Source: Octopus sinensis (Eukaryota). Taken from it: 64,000 bases of DNA. Positions 25,062-39,826 of the stretch are shown here, one piece after another. Position 1 is the first letter of the stretch. The number at the start of each line of letters is the position of its first letter. The stretch covers positions 28,272,001-28,336,000 of the forward strand of contig NC_043001.1 of assembly GCF_006345805.1 (NCBI RefSeq), given 5' to 3'. The notes below the pieces were generated by a model that searched no databases, was not told the origin of the DNA, and saw nothing but the letters and a program-made list of their open reading frames with translations. A program made the translations under genes and the position numbers.

Positions 25062-25405
25062 CTTGCGAATTTGCTAGCTTCCTTGGCAATAGAATGAGAT
25101 TTTTTTACTGCTTTCATGTTTGTACACAAGCCACTGCATCCAGTTTTCTGTACTACATAAGTACCTGTTCATTGCTGTTGTGGATGTCTCATAGCACAGT
25201 TCTACCTGCATCATTCCTGTTCCCCCATTACTTCTAGGTAGGTACAGACGATCAACGTCTGCTTTTGGGTGGTGCATGTTCTTAGATGTTAGTAGTTTTT
25301 TTGTCTTCCTGTCCAGGCGTTGGAGCTCTGTAAGATTCCAGTTAACGATGTTAAAACTGTATTGGACTCCTGGAAGCGCCAGGGTGTTAATAGCGTGAAT
25401 GGTGT
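25062..25405 (-). mobile_element. Dong/R4 LINE reverse transcriptase C-terminal fragment
   Basis: NTIHAINTLALPGVQYSFNIVNW..LDRKTKKLLT..MHHPKADVDRLYLPRSNGG; the 5' end abuts (ATT)n. Confidence 0.88.
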
Positions 25406-25407
25406 TA

Positions 25408-25452
<45 letters not shown>

Positions 25453-25893
25453 GAGTGAGAGAGCAGTTCATGCCATCAAAGTGACACTGGGGTAAAATAT
25501 ACGAAGCCCAATATACCCATCATGACTACCCGTCTGATAAGGGTACACCAGGCACATGCATCACAACCATATGTGCGCGACATGGTGATCTCATATCAAG
25601 ATAAACAGCACATGATCTTGCAGGTGGGGCCCAGTTAGAATTTTCTTCAGATTGAGTAGCCCATCCCGCTCAAAATGTCCCTGAATAAGGGTTGTTTAAG
25701 GATGTTGAAAGAACCACCGATGTTTCCAGAGGTGAATTATTCAAACCCAAAAAAATCCCTCTCAATACATGGCTATGATACTCCCCCACTACTTCTGCTC
25801 GTGATCAGAGATGCACATATCGTCAGCCACTAATGGACATGCTCAACTGGTTATGGTCAAACAACTGACAAGCAAATATGTGGTATTGAGCAG
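25453..25893 (-). mobile_element. Unclassified non-coding repeat X ending in (TAA)n (partial copies 11728-11835, 12795-13020, 24808-25058)
   Basis: Four homologous segments sharing ccttaaacaacccttattcag; no ORF and no clear tRNA head. Confidence 0.7.
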
Positions 25894-25894
25894 A

Positions 25895-26230
25895 GGCCTC
25901 CCCTAACGCCTGCACAGCCGTCACCCCAATACTTTTACTAAATATTGGAGGCCTGTTGCATCAAAATAGAAACAAAATTTCTTTCCTGAGAGATCTTACT
26001 GCATGCAATCAAGTCCTATGCATAGCACTTGTGGAAACTCACCTCAACCCTCATATAGAGGACACAGAAGTACACATACCAAACTATGCCATACTGCGAA
26101 CAGACAGAAGGGAAAGGAGTTGCTGTATACATCCGAGATGACCTCACACCCCAGGTCTTAATGACATACTCAAATTCGGTATGTGACACTTTAATTGTAT
26201 ACATAAAACAACATAATATAGTCATATGCA

Positions 26231-26232
<2 letters not shown>
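25895..26232 (+). mobile_element. LINE AP-endonuclease N-terminal fragment (CR1/L2/Jockey group), frameshifted
   Basis: LLNIGGL...IALVETHL..HIEDTEVHIPNYAILRTDR...GVAVYIRDDL. Confidence 0.85.
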
Positions 26233-26291
<59 letters not shown>

Positions 26292-27524
26292 TAGTCTTAT
26301 TTTTATCACGTGCTTTCACTTCACTATCGAGCGCAGCTCTGTGTGCCTTGTGTATGTGATGTGGTTTGTTTTTGTCCATCTCCACATATTCTTCTTATTG
26401 TTGTTGTTGTTGTTAATGCTAAGGCAGCAAGTTAGCGAAATCTTTAGCGGCATTTTGTCCGTCTTAAAATTCCGCCGAGGTCGATTTTGCTTCTCAAATC
26501 CTATCGGTCGATGAAAATCGACTTAGCCCCGCCCACGAAATTAATGGGCATGTGCCAAAATTTGAAACCATTATTATTATTATTGCTGAACGGTGAGTCA
26601 AGGTTCAACAATGCTCTTAATGTGTTCATTGAAAACCATTTATTTCTTTATCTTGACGTGGAACTGACCAATAGCATGGTATGTTTGTATGCTGGTCGTT
26701 TTATTTTTCCATCCCTTACATTTTTTATAGAAAAAATTCTGATTAGAAGAATATTTGCTTTTTTCTAGCGTTGCTCGTTAATGCAGACGAGAAGGACAGA
26801 AAACGAAGAGGTAATAACCATAGACGAAATGACAATCTCACTTTCAGCAAAAGAAAAGCAACGAAAAGAACAGAAAAGCATACTCTACCAAAACATATCT
26901 TCCATATTGAAGATCTTTCCATGGTTGAGTGCATACGAACTTGTTAAATATAAATGTACACAGCTTTATTTTATTCATCATTGCTTAGCACCGTTCTAAT
27001 TAATTAATTCCAGCATGAGAAAGTTTTGCACGCATAAAAATTATTTGTTGTTATTTGTCTTTATTTCATTAATTAATTGTAATTTAGAAGTACTTCTCGC
27101 TGGTCTTGAAATTAATTCCTGCTCGTGAAATTAACCTGCATGTGGCAGAGTATTCCACAAATACGCGTACCCCCAGAATATGACGAGGCTAATTCTTTGA
27201 AATACAGGTACAACTCATTTTTTCCAGCTGAGAGGACTGGAGCAATGTGAAATAAAATGTTTTGTTGAAGGATTCAACGTGTAGCCTGGAATTGAACTCA
27301 TGACCTTGCGATCGTAAACCGAATATCCTAACCACTAAGCCATATATATATGCATATATAAGAAACAAATTAAAAATACTGGTCATTACATATTATTCCT
27401 TGATTGAAGCAAATATGTCTTACAGCTGTTTCCAGTTCTTTTATAGGTACAGTACTGAGAGGTTTACTCAGTTGGCCTGTTGATCAATTGAAGCAATTGT
27501 AGGTATGTACGTACGTATGTTTTT

Positions 27525-27930
27525 TTCACTTGTCTCAGTCATTTGACTGCGGCCATGCTGGAGCACCGCCTTTAGTAGAGCAAGTCGACTCCAGGACTTA
27601 TTCTTTGTAAGCCTAGTACTTATTCTATCGGTCTCTTTTGCCGAACTGCTAAGTTACGGGGACGTAAACACACCAGCATCGGCTGTCAGGCGATATTGGG
27701 GGGAAATCACAGACACACAAACATGTACACACACTTACATATATATATATACATACATATATACGACGGGATTCTTTCAGTTTCCGTCTACCAAATCCAC
27801 TCACAAGGCTTTGGTCGGCCCGAGGCTATAGTAGAAGACACTTGTCCAAGGTGCCACGCAGTGGGACTGAACCCAGAACCACGTGGTTAGTAAGCAAGCT
27901 ACTTACCACACAGCCACTCCTGCGCCTATG
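27525..27930 (-). mobile_element. tRNA SINE family A with internal (TA/TG)n (other copies 29490-29700 -, 33885-34030 +, 43640-43915 +, 49370-49750 -, 49815-50243 -, 53230-53510, 59220-59520 +, 63590-63660 -)
   Basis: Head ggcgcaggagtggctgtgtggtaagtagcttgc...gggttcagtcccactgcg; tail cagtcaaatgactgagacaagt. Confidence 0.88.
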
Positions 27931-28091
27931 TACCGTATGTACACATAAAAATACACATACATACACAGAAAGACAGAGAAGAGAGAGAGAGAGTGTGAGA
28001 GAGTGAAGAGAAAGTGAGAGAGGCAGAATGATACATCTCTATATATAAATTTCTTTATTAGAATAAATTTCTTTATATATATATCTATATA

Positions 28092-28476
28092 TCTATATAT
28101 AAAGCGGAAGTTGTCTGTGTATGACAGGTTTGGTAGCCGTCAACTAACACTCTCCTCCAAGACCCTGCTGTGCAAGTTGACCAAAATTGAGAGTATGATA
28201 GAAGAAGGCTTGCTCTTCCTTCCGTAGAAGAAAAATTCAAATCAGACCATGTTAACACCAAAAATTATTTACATCAAAAAGCTGCTTTTTTTCTAAGAAA
28301 ATCTCTATTTTTTACGATATTTTGACTGCTGTGTCGCCATTTTTCGGTGTATCTCAACCAGAAAAATGTTCACTTAAAAAGAAGAACAAGCTACATAATG
28401 CAAAATTTTTACTTTTCAAAAATTCCAATTCTAAAGGGTCGAAACAAAGCCGAGCAACGCCGGGCGATACTGCTAG
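28092..28476 (+). mobile_element. Non-autonomous Helitron
   Basis: 5' a|TCTATATATAAAG; 3' ccgagcaacgccgggcgatactgCTAG|t with a GC hairpin; AT target site, no TSD. Confidence 0.85.
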
Positions 28477-28905
28477 TAGATAAATAGATTAATTGCTACA
28501 TGAATACAATGAGCACGTCGCTTTCTCTTTCATACAAAAATATTTGTTCGTATTTTCCTTTTAGCATTTGAAAACTAAATCTCAACCCTGCTGACCAATA
28601 TTCGTATCGCCCCCTCCTCATAAAATGCATCAAATATAATCGGTCTTTCAAATCTTTATAGAGAAAGAACAAATAAAACCTTTAATGTTTTCTTCTCCCT
28701 CTCCTCTTTCCAATCCCCTTCTCTCTCCTTCTCATCGATTTGTACCTACTCTCTCTTCCTCTAGCTTTTAATCTCTTTTTTCTTGTATTTCTCCAACCAC
28801 GTCCTTAATGTGTTTGTACATACACACAAATGTACGTATGTATTACGAACATACATATGTGTGTTTGTATGAATTTTTGTATGTATGTATCAAACTATCT
28901 CTCTT

Positions 28906-28938
<33 letters not shown>

Positions 28939-29095
28939 TAGTTATATTTTTCTTACGAAACACTGAGCGTCCAATAATACTATATTTGTTCCACGTCCTC
29001 GCGTTGTTGTGTTTTTTGTGTTTTCTTGTTTGGATTAACTATACATATATATATATATTGTGTGTATGTGTGTGTGTATACGTATATATATATAT

Positions 29096-29166
<71 letters not shown>

Positions 29167-29238
29167 CATATATATATTATAATATACCCACATTATATAT
29201 ACGTAATCTATATGTATATATATATATATACATACATA

Positions 29239-29281
<43 letters not shown>

Positions 29282-29955
29282 ATATATATACAATACATAC
29301 ATTATATGTATATAATATATATATATATATAATATACACACATACATATATATATACATACATATATATTATATAATATATATATATATACTATAATCTA
29401 TATATATATATTATATATATATACACATACTATATATACACACATACATATATATACACACACATATATAAATTTTTGTATCTGTTTCAGCACCGTTTTA
29501 GTCGAGGAAATCTACCCCAGGACTTATTCTTTGTAACCTTAATACTTATTATATTGGTCGCTTTTGCCGATGTTGAGGAGACACAAATACACCCCCCCCA
29601 CACACACACACACACGTACATATACGACAGGCTTCTTTCAGTTTCTGTCTACAATGTAGTTGGTAAGCAAGCTGCTTACCACTCAGCTACTCCTGGGCCT
29701 ATACACACACACACACACTTATATATATATATATAGCTGGAATTTACAAAAAATCAAAATACGAAGACGACAAGTGTGTAATCAACAAACAGGTGTATTA
29801 GTCTAAAGCTCGGGAATGTGAGAAAGTCTTTTACTTTTCGAACCTACATTGTTTAGCAGAAAGAAACACGAAAAAATATACAGAGAGAGAATAAATAAAG
29901 CGGTCAATATATATATTATTTTATTCTTTTATGTTTCAGCAGCCCTGTGACTGTG

Positions 29956-30048
<93 letters not shown>

Positions 30049-30216
30049 AAATGGATGAGTGTATTTTTCCCTTGTTAACAATTAACACGGAAAAATAGAT
30101 AAATAGAGAAGATTAGATTGTTTCACACCATTTTATTCCTTTGGAATAATATCAGTGAAATCTTCGAAACATGTGTCGGAAGTAAAAGTATTTGAATTGT
30201 ACCTGCATTAAACTCC

Positions 30217-30280
<64 letters not shown>

Positions 30281-30332
30281 TATTTCCGTAAACCTGCCTT
30301 CGCCTTTTGTCTATTTTCATAAAGCTTCCCGT

Positions 30333-30373
<41 letters not shown>

Positions 30374-30663
30374 TTTGTGTGTTTGTCGTTTTCTTTTTAC
30401 TCAATCTCACTACGCCCTGCTTACATTCACCGATATACATATACACTTATTCGATTGCGTGCATATGTTTATATACAAATACACTTGCAAATCATAGAAA
30501 CACACATACACACTCACATACATATGTACAACCCCACTCAAATATAATAAGCATATGCATACATATAAACATGCAATTAAAATTGATTGGAAACCCCCTC
30601 TTCTCCATTTTGCTCTTCTTTCTCTCTCAATCTCTCTATCTATCTATCTAGCTAGCTACCTAC

Positions 30664-30744
<81 letters not shown>

Positions 30745-31140
30745 CATATATATGTGTGTGGGTTGTCTGTGTGTGTCTGTGTCTGTGTCTGAGTGTGTAT
30801 ATATCTTTCCCTGTCTCATTCGGGCGCACACACTCGCATGCATACATACATACATACATACAGACATACATACATACATACATACAGATATACACGCGCA
30901 CGCATACATACATACACACATACATACATACATACATACATACATACATACATACATACATGCATGCATGCATACATACATACATACATACATACATACA
31001 TACATACATACATACATACATGCGTACATACATATATACATTCATTTTAATGTTTATAATGTAGCATTTCCCTCCTCACACAAACACACGCATTCACATA
31101 GATGCACTCACTCGCACAGACACACTCACACTCACTCACG

Positions 31141-31175
<35 letters not shown>

Positions 31176-32846
31176 CCCTAAACCACACCATCCCTCCGTT
31201 AAAAGAACAACTGATCTTTCACCTTTTTCTCTTTTGTTTTCCAAACCTCATCCGTCTCACACACACAGAATGTACAAACATACACACGGCACATCGCAAT
31301 GCACTCACACGTACATACATATACACACAAACACACATACATACACAAAATATGTACACGCACACACACACACAATTTTCATTGAAAGCTCACACGTACA
31401 AATACAGAGCTACAAATACAAGATGTCGTATACTCACATGCGCGCTCTCACATCACATCACATCACATCACATCACAACGTAGATTCTGGCAATAACGTC
31501 ATTGAGATTTCCATTAACAAAAAACGTTGCCTCCTGTAATCCAAGCGTCTAAAGTACTTGGGCGAAGATGATTGTCACAAACCACTAATGGCTGCTCTTC
31601 GACGGAAACTTTTCAAACCGCACACAAAAATGAAAATATATATTTAAAATGCAAAAGCAATACAAAAAACAATTATAACGAAAATAGAATGGAATGAAAT
31701 AAAATAAGAGAAAAAAGCAAGCCTTTTGAGAAATGTTTAATGGAAGTTGTATCGGAGGCAAAAGATGAAAATGATGGCTTTCTGTATGCCCCACACTCAT
31801 AAACATAACGATGTGTTAGGATAAAAGCATATAAATAAATAAATAAATCTACGAAAACAACCACCACCTATGTTACAATATGTGTAAAAGTTTGTGCGCG
31901 TGTGTTTCTATGTGTGCGTGAAGCGCGTATGTTTGTTTGTGGTTTGTTTGCTTGTGTGTGTGTGTGTATGTGTGTGTGTGTGTGTTTTGTGTGGTGTGTG
32001 TGCGTGGGTGTGCGTGTATGTGTGTGTTTTGAAAGATAGATAGATGGTCGGATACAAACGTATATATATATATATACAAACGTGTATATATACACACACA
32101 CACACATATATATACAAATGTTTTTTGCGGACGTGCATGCATATTTGATTTTATATCTATGTGTATAAAGGTATGTATGTATATGTGTACGTATGTATGT
32201 ATGTATGCACTTATGTATGTATATATGTATGTATGTATGTATGTGTGTATGTATGTATGTATATATATGTATGTAAGTATGTATGTATGTATGTATGTAT
32301 GTGTAAATATATACATACATTCATATGTATGTATGTATATATATGTATGTATGCACGTATATATATGTGTATATATGTATGTATATATGTATGCATGTAT
32401 GCACGTATGTATATTTATGTATGTATGTATGTATGTATGTATGCATGCCTGCATGTATGCATCAGTAATAAGTAGCGAAGTATAACAGCGACAAATGATT
32501 TTTGAGAAATGTATTAAAATTATTTCAATTTTTATTTATTTTTCCAATTCTCTTTCCAATTCTCTGTCATTAAACCTTCAAAACCGTAGAAAACCGTTCT
32601 TTTGATTTATATCATATCACACTCCCCGATTCTATCTCACCCTCCTTTCCACCCCTTTCTCTCTCTTTCTCACTTTCTCAATCCCTCTCTATCCTTCTTT
32701 CCATATACATACATACATACATACACACAAAGGATATATACATATATATATATATATCCTACTGCTTATTGTTCCCATCACCTTCTCTCTCTTTCTCATT
32801 TTCTCTCCCCCTTTTTCCACACACACATACACGTACACAGAGACAG

Positions 32847-32906
<60 letters not shown>

Positions 32907-32935
32907 GTATCTATCTAATTATCTCCATATATATA

Positions 32936-32969
<34 letters not shown>

Positions 32970-33748
32970 ACTCTTGCGCTTGACTTTTCTCACTTCCCTC
33001 CCTTTTTCCCTCTCTATCTCGCTCTTCCAAACTCTAGCAGAGCGAACGACAAAATCACTTATGGACATACATACAAGAGAAACATATTCACGGGCATGCT
33101 TGCGTTTACGTATGCGCATGCGTGTGTGCGTACGTGCGCATTTATATATATATATATATATATATTTATAGCCTACTTCTACATTGAAGTAAGGTTAACA
33201 ACAAAGTACTCCTTATATAAACACACGTGCTTATGCATACGTATGTATGTGCACGCATGCCCAAGCCTGTATCTATGTATCTGCGGTTATGAATGTGCGT
33301 TTGTGTGCATGTATGTGTATGCATTCTTTTGAACGTGCCTTTGCGTAGAACCTAGAAGCATTTAAAAAATGAACACATCTCACATACCGCCTGCTTCAAT
33401 CAAATGTCCAAAACCTACGAAAAAAATCATAATTATTGGTTTCAAATAATTTCCTTCTTTGGCTCCACCCATTGCTTTTAAAGCTTCATTTCAGTAGCGA
33501 GAGTGTTGCGTCGTTTGTTGGTTCTAATTTGCCATTTACAGAATACACGCGCGAATTAGTTTTTAAGAGATTTTTATTCACCTTTTTATTTTTTGTTTTT
33601 TTTTTTGCTTTTTTGCTTTTTTGCTTTTCCTGAAGCAAATCTACGAAAAAGTAAAATTAATAGGTTGTTTTCTTTTCAACATTGACCTCTACAAAACACA
33701 CCGTTTCATTAAAGCAATCTACCGCTATCAAGTTTCAACGTTTTTTAC

Positions 33749-33802
33749 GTGGGCGTCGTTGTTCAGGCACTTTGCAGCATGCATCAAAGTATCACGGGAA
33801 TA
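33749..33802 (-). CDS. Candidate 54-nt exon (YSRDTLMHAAKCLNNDAH, phase 0-0)
   Basis: Acceptor gttataacAG, donor GTaaaa; only frame 0 is open. Confidence 0.2.
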
Positions 33803-34030
33803 CTGTTATAACTTATAAAATCGTCAACACCATCTGTAAAGCCATGTACCATATTTGTTACTGGAATATAATGGAGTGTCTGTGTGGTAAGTAGCTTGCT
33901 TACGAACCACATGGTTCTGGGTTCAGTCCCACTGCGTGGCACCTTGGTCAAGTGTCTTCTACTATAGCTTCGGGCCGATCGAAGCCTTGTGAGTGGATTT
34001 GGTAGACGAAAACTGAAAGAAGCCCGTCGT

Positions 34031-34322
34031 AATTAAGTACCGGTTACGCACTGGGGTCGATGTAATCTACTTAATCCCTTTTTCTGTTATTGTTTGTCCT
34101 CTCTATGTTTAGCCCCTTGTGGGCAATAAAGAAATAAGAATACGCCGGACGAAATGCTTAGCGGTATTTCGTGTCTTTACCTTCTGAGTTCAAATTCTGC
34201 CGAGGTCATCTTTGTCTTTCATTCTTTGGGGATCGATAAATTAAATACCAGTTCCCGTACTGGAGTCGATCTAATCGACTGACCCCCTCCCCCAAAATTT
34301 CGGGCCTTGTGCCTAGAGTAGA
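34031..34322 (+). mobile_element. SINE B 3' part plus B variant, fused to the family A head at 33885
   Basis: gaagcccgtcgt joins directly to aattaagtaccgg. Confidence 0.8.
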
Positions 34323-35691
34323 AAATGATTATGTATTAACAAAAAAAATTGCAATTCTTAATACAGTACACGAAGCAAATTTTGGTAGTTCCAGTAAAAA
34401 AGGTAGATAATAATTATAGACAATATTCAAATAGCAAAATACAAGTCACATATCAGTAGACAGATTCTTTACAAGTAAAAGTAATCGTGAAATCTACCAG
34501 AACTTCACCGTTATCTCTAAGTCGTTTTTTAAAATTCGGCACTGAAGGTTTTATCCACATGCTCCTTTGTGAATAAATGCAAAGCGCTCGAATAACACAA
34601 GATCATAACCTTCATAGTATACTGAGAACGAGGCTAAAAACATTTTACAACGTACATAGATAAAATGATTTATGAAATTTTTGGTGTAAACTAAATGTAA
34701 GTGATTAATAAAGAAATATGAAGAAACCATAAAAAAACAGTTTAAAACTGAACATTTGTATATCTTTAACGAAGACAAAGACTTAAGACAAAACCCGATG
34801 AAAGTAAATTCTGTTAGCAAAATGCTCATGGAAATATGTTAAGAGAAAAGAATTGTAGATTTCTCCAAAATAATTTCTCACTGAATGCTGCAAAAGCAGA
34901 AACATACTTACACACACACACACAGAGAGAGACACACTCACACACATACATACATACATACATACATACATACATACATACATACATACATACATACATA
35001 CATGTGTGTATGTGTGGGTATACCTGGGTGGGTGCATAAGAAATATAGAGAGAGACACAGATGCACAGAAATAATCATTAGGGAGCACTCCGTTGGTTAC
35101 GACGACAAGGGTCCCAGCTGACACGATCAACGGAACAGCTTGCTCATGAAATTAACGAGCAAGTGGCTGAGCACCCCACAGATACGTGTACCCTTAATGT
35201 AGTTCTCAGGGAGATTCAGCGTGACACAGAGTGTGACAAGGTTGGCCCTTTTAAATACGGGTACTACTCATTTTTGCCAGCTGAGTGGACTGGAGCAACG
35301 TGAAATAAAGTGTCTTGCTCAAGGATATAGCGAGTCGCCGGGAATCGAACTCATGATCTTACAATCGTGAGACGAATACCGTAACCACTTAGTTTTGATC
35401 TGAGAAACATGACAATAGCAATATACAACGATTTTAATATATTTAGTCACATTTTCAATGTTCCCAGCCTTTTACACATATATATAGTGTAATATATGCA
35501 AGAATATAGATATTTTATATGAGGCCACACTTTCACAAAGACACCCACACACAACACACACACATGCACACTCACATACCTATTACAACACACACGCGTG
35601 TGTATGTGTTTCTCGATGCATATTTATAAATGAGTGAATCATTTCGTGTTCATACCAATACAAACACACAAAATATTATATCTTGTGTGAA

Positions 35692-35819
<128 letters not shown>

Positions 35820-36310
35820 GCATACATGTGCGAATGCATATATACGCGTACGTGTGTGTATGTGCATACTCTTAGAATACAAGGTACTAAATGGAAAACT
35901 GGAGGAAAACTTATGTAAACATTAAGAAACAATATTGGCACCAAGTTGATAGAATGAACTGAAATGTGGATAATCTGTTGCTGTCAGATGGCGACAGTTC
36001 TGTTGACAGAACGCAAAGATATGACAATACTTAGTATTTATAGAAAGGTATAAATTTATTTGTTTGAAGTCATGAAGACGAAATTAAAATATGAATGCTA
36101 TATAAATATATTTAAGGTGTAGGGGTAAAAGAAAACAAGCGGAATGACTGAAGCTATGTTGCCAAGCAGACGCGATATTTTTCAATGTTTTGTTTCACAG
36201 ACAGAATGGCCCAAATTATTTGTGCAAGACTGGCCGACACCAAATCTTTGAGGTCCTTGATTGCTTGGAGTATTTTCGCCCTTGTTTTAGAGTCATCATC
36301 ATCATCATCA

Positions 36311-36341
<31 letters not shown>

Positions 36342-36479
36342 GTTTTTTCCTTCTTTCTTCAAATTTTCTTCCGTTTCTCGCCGAGTGTTTTCCATACACC
36401 TAGGGCAGAGAAGGGCATTGTATGCATTCCCAGAGTACACGCGCAAATTCACAGATAAAATATGTATTTAAAAATTAAT

Positions 36480-36790
36480 AAATAAATAAATTCATGGATG
36501 GATGTTATTTTCACAGTGATAGTGCTCTTCTCAGTACATGAGCCGTTCCAGTTAATACGTATTTTTGCACTTCCTGTAGGGATGGTAAGCGTGGAATCAT
36601 TTTCAAATAAGTTTCAGTACCTTTTTTTTATCATTCCTAGAGATCCTACAATCACTGGTACTGCAGTCGCCTTGAGATGCCACATTTTTTTCTATTTCCA
36701 TTAGCAGGTCTTTATATTTACTAATCTTGTCAAATTCTTTCGCCGCTATATTGTGATCACAGGGAATACTCATGTCAATTAATAAACACA
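36480..36790 (-). mobile_element. Older Dong/R4 3' fragment
   Basis: CLLIDMSIPCDHNIAAKEFDKISKYKDL...PVIVGSLGMI; the 5' end abuts (ATT)n at 36791-36825. Confidence 0.8.
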
Positions 36791-36791
36791 A

Positions 36792-36825
<34 letters not shown>

Positions 36826-37209
36826 GATATGGTTTTATCACACAGTTTCCGGGAACAGTGAGATAAATGAAATTAAAGAGCAGAAAAATTACTTGAAGTA
36901 CCTACATTTGTGCTCTGATTTCAGTTTCGTTTTGTAGATATTTGGTTTTATCACACAACCTCCGAGAGCGAAGTCATGAATGCATTTGGTAACCATATAT
37001 ATCTTGTATAAATCAATGATTGCTGGAGAACTGTTAATATCTGTGTGCTTACAAACAGTTGAGATATGGAAATAAAAGGATAACCGTAGAAGTTTGTACA
37101 ATGCAGGAGAATGTACTAGAATATCAAGCTATGGGTGAAGAAGAGAGATCATTGTCTCAAATGGGATTTAGTAGTCACCGTATGCAACTAACTAACAACA
37201 GGGACCAGC

Positions 37210-37397
<188 letters not shown>

Positions 37398-38719
37398 GAA
37401 AGCAGGTTGTGCTGACGGCACGTTTATAGTATAAAGGTTCCACGTTATGCACAATCAATTATACTCATAGTAGAAATGCGAAGGTTCGTGGGCTTGTGGT
37501 TAGGATACTTGTCTTATAATCGCAATATCAAGTGTTCAGCTCCTGGAATGGTTAGTAGGTTGAGCACTTGAGCTAGGCACTGCATTTGCTTTCACGTCGA
37601 TCTAGTCTGTTCAACAACACTAGCCAACGAGTATTAGCCAGCTTATTGGTACAGCTCTCTGCTTGTTCAGGTATCACATCCTAGATGTTCTGCTGTGTGA
37701 GTAGGTCGAGACGGTGCTCGTGTCTGTTCGCAACTACACAGGCACCAAAAAAATTAGCCAAAGAATGATACTTGTTACCAAGCCCTATTCGCTCATTTAT
37801 GAGAGCTGGCATTACGCTAATTATATCATTAATATCCTTCTAAAAAATATGAGTGATGAACAAAAACTTCAATTATAAAATTAATGTAAAGCATTTGAAA
37901 GTCCACCACCATCCTAACTGTCTCTGTTGTCACCACGTAACTTCCAAGATGGCGTCAACAATGATGATGAAAATGACACCAACACCAGTTATTTCCAGCT
38001 CCATTATTACTAAAGCTTTTGCCGCCTTCTATCACTACCACTTACTTTTCTATAAAGAAGAGACGGTCGCATCTATTTCTCTATTCCCCTAGGTAGCCAA
38101 AACCATCTTCTTAAACATGCCTTTCCCCATCTCACAATGTCGAAAATTATAATTCCAAAATCGCCATATATTTTCACCCACAGCAGCATTGCAAAAATAC
38201 AGAGAAAAAGCATACCCTGTAACAACTTACAAAAATTAAGGACCTCCATCAACTGTTTGGATCTTATTTACTATTGCAATTTAGTAATTTAATCATTTGA
38301 GACTTAAATATATTTAAGCTTGCTTGTATATATCAAAATTAATTCAGTTTGACTATACGGTACTTCTTAGAAATACTTTATGTACACATGAGTAGTCCTA
38401 TAACTATGGCTTGCTTTCAGTTTTACAATGCGGTTTGGCAGCCATTTGAAAATCGGTTTGGAAGCCAGTTCAAAAATGCTTCGTGCCATTTCTCCTAACT
38501 CTCTATGCAATGTGCTCGATTCTCACCGAAGCTATTTTGCCTTTAATATTTCCGCTATCGATAAAATACATGAATCCAGAACAGAGAGCAACATAACCAT
38601 AAAACGTTGGGTCGAACACCTTGCGTTATTTGTTTCGGCTCTTTTCGTTCTGAGTTCAAATCCCACCATACCCTACTTTGATGGTAGCCGGGCCAGATCT
38701 CCTGTTTGAGGATACCTAC

Positions 38720-38785
38720 CTCCAGTGAAGAAGTGAAAAAGGAAGCTATCCTCTTGACCAAAAGATTGCAGAAAGTGAGTATTAC
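38720..38785 (-). CDS. Candidate 66-nt exon (VILTFCNLLVKRIASFFTSSLE, phase 0-0)
   Basis: Acceptor atactcacAG, donor GTaggt. A competing plus-strand exon (EEVKKEAILLTKRLQK, donor GTgagt) overlaps it. Confidence 0.2.
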
Positions 38786-39769
38786 CTGTGAGTATTGTAA
38801 TAGCATCACAATATCATTAATGAAGGGGAGAGTTTTTGTCTGTATGTCGAGTCACGATAATGAATATAAAATAAAATGTTTTCATGGGGTCATCTTTTGC
38901 AGAAATTAATTTTGAAGACCCTTTATTCTTCTTTAGTTACTTATGCAAGAGAGAAAGAGAAAAATGGCAGCAAAATCATTCTCAAATCAAAGATGTCGTC
39001 TTTAAGAATGGAACGTCGCATTGGAAAGTGTATTCGTGCGTATTAAAATGGCTTTAGTTTCGACCATCAATCAGTTTAATTAGAGATGATCTCGGACTAA
39101 ATAGCAACATACACTCACACGCACACGTACACGCATACGCACACGTACACACACTTGCACAAACACTCATACACAAACACACACACACTCTAATACACAC
39201 AGGAAAACACGCACAAAGCATATACACATAATCACACATAGATCAATGCATGCATACACACACAAGCACACAAACAGACATACACACACACAGAAAGAGA
39301 GAGTGAAGACATGCAACAATGTGTTTGGCTTACGGTCACAATGTGATGGATTCAATGCCGAGATCGGGCGGCGCGTTCCGTCCTTGAGAAAGCTACTTCT
39401 CGTTTCACGTTGCACTCCCTACAGCTGTCACATAGTGATGTGCAGCAGGATGAAATGGTGTGACAGTCGAGACAGTGTCCATGTTCCCTTGGGATTACAC
39501 AGAAACATAAAACAATTAACGAAAGCATGGTACATGTTACCAAGCTTTACTTGTTCGTGGGTGACGGTTGTCTGTTACACATACACGCATACTTACAAGC
39601 ACACACGCACATACATGCATACATACACACACATATATAATATATATAAACATACATACATATCTATGTATGTATATATATATATGTATGTGTGTACACA
39701 TACACACACACATATAGATAGATAGATAACTAGACAGACTGAGAGATATATAAATATAGATAGATAGAC

Positions 39770-39817
<48 letters not shown>

Positions 39818-39826
39818 TGATAGATA

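Noticed and set aside
30135-30190. cgaaacatgtgtcggaag resembling the 3' half of a hammerhead
   Set aside because: No CUGANGA box or stem II upstream; at best a decayed Penelope end
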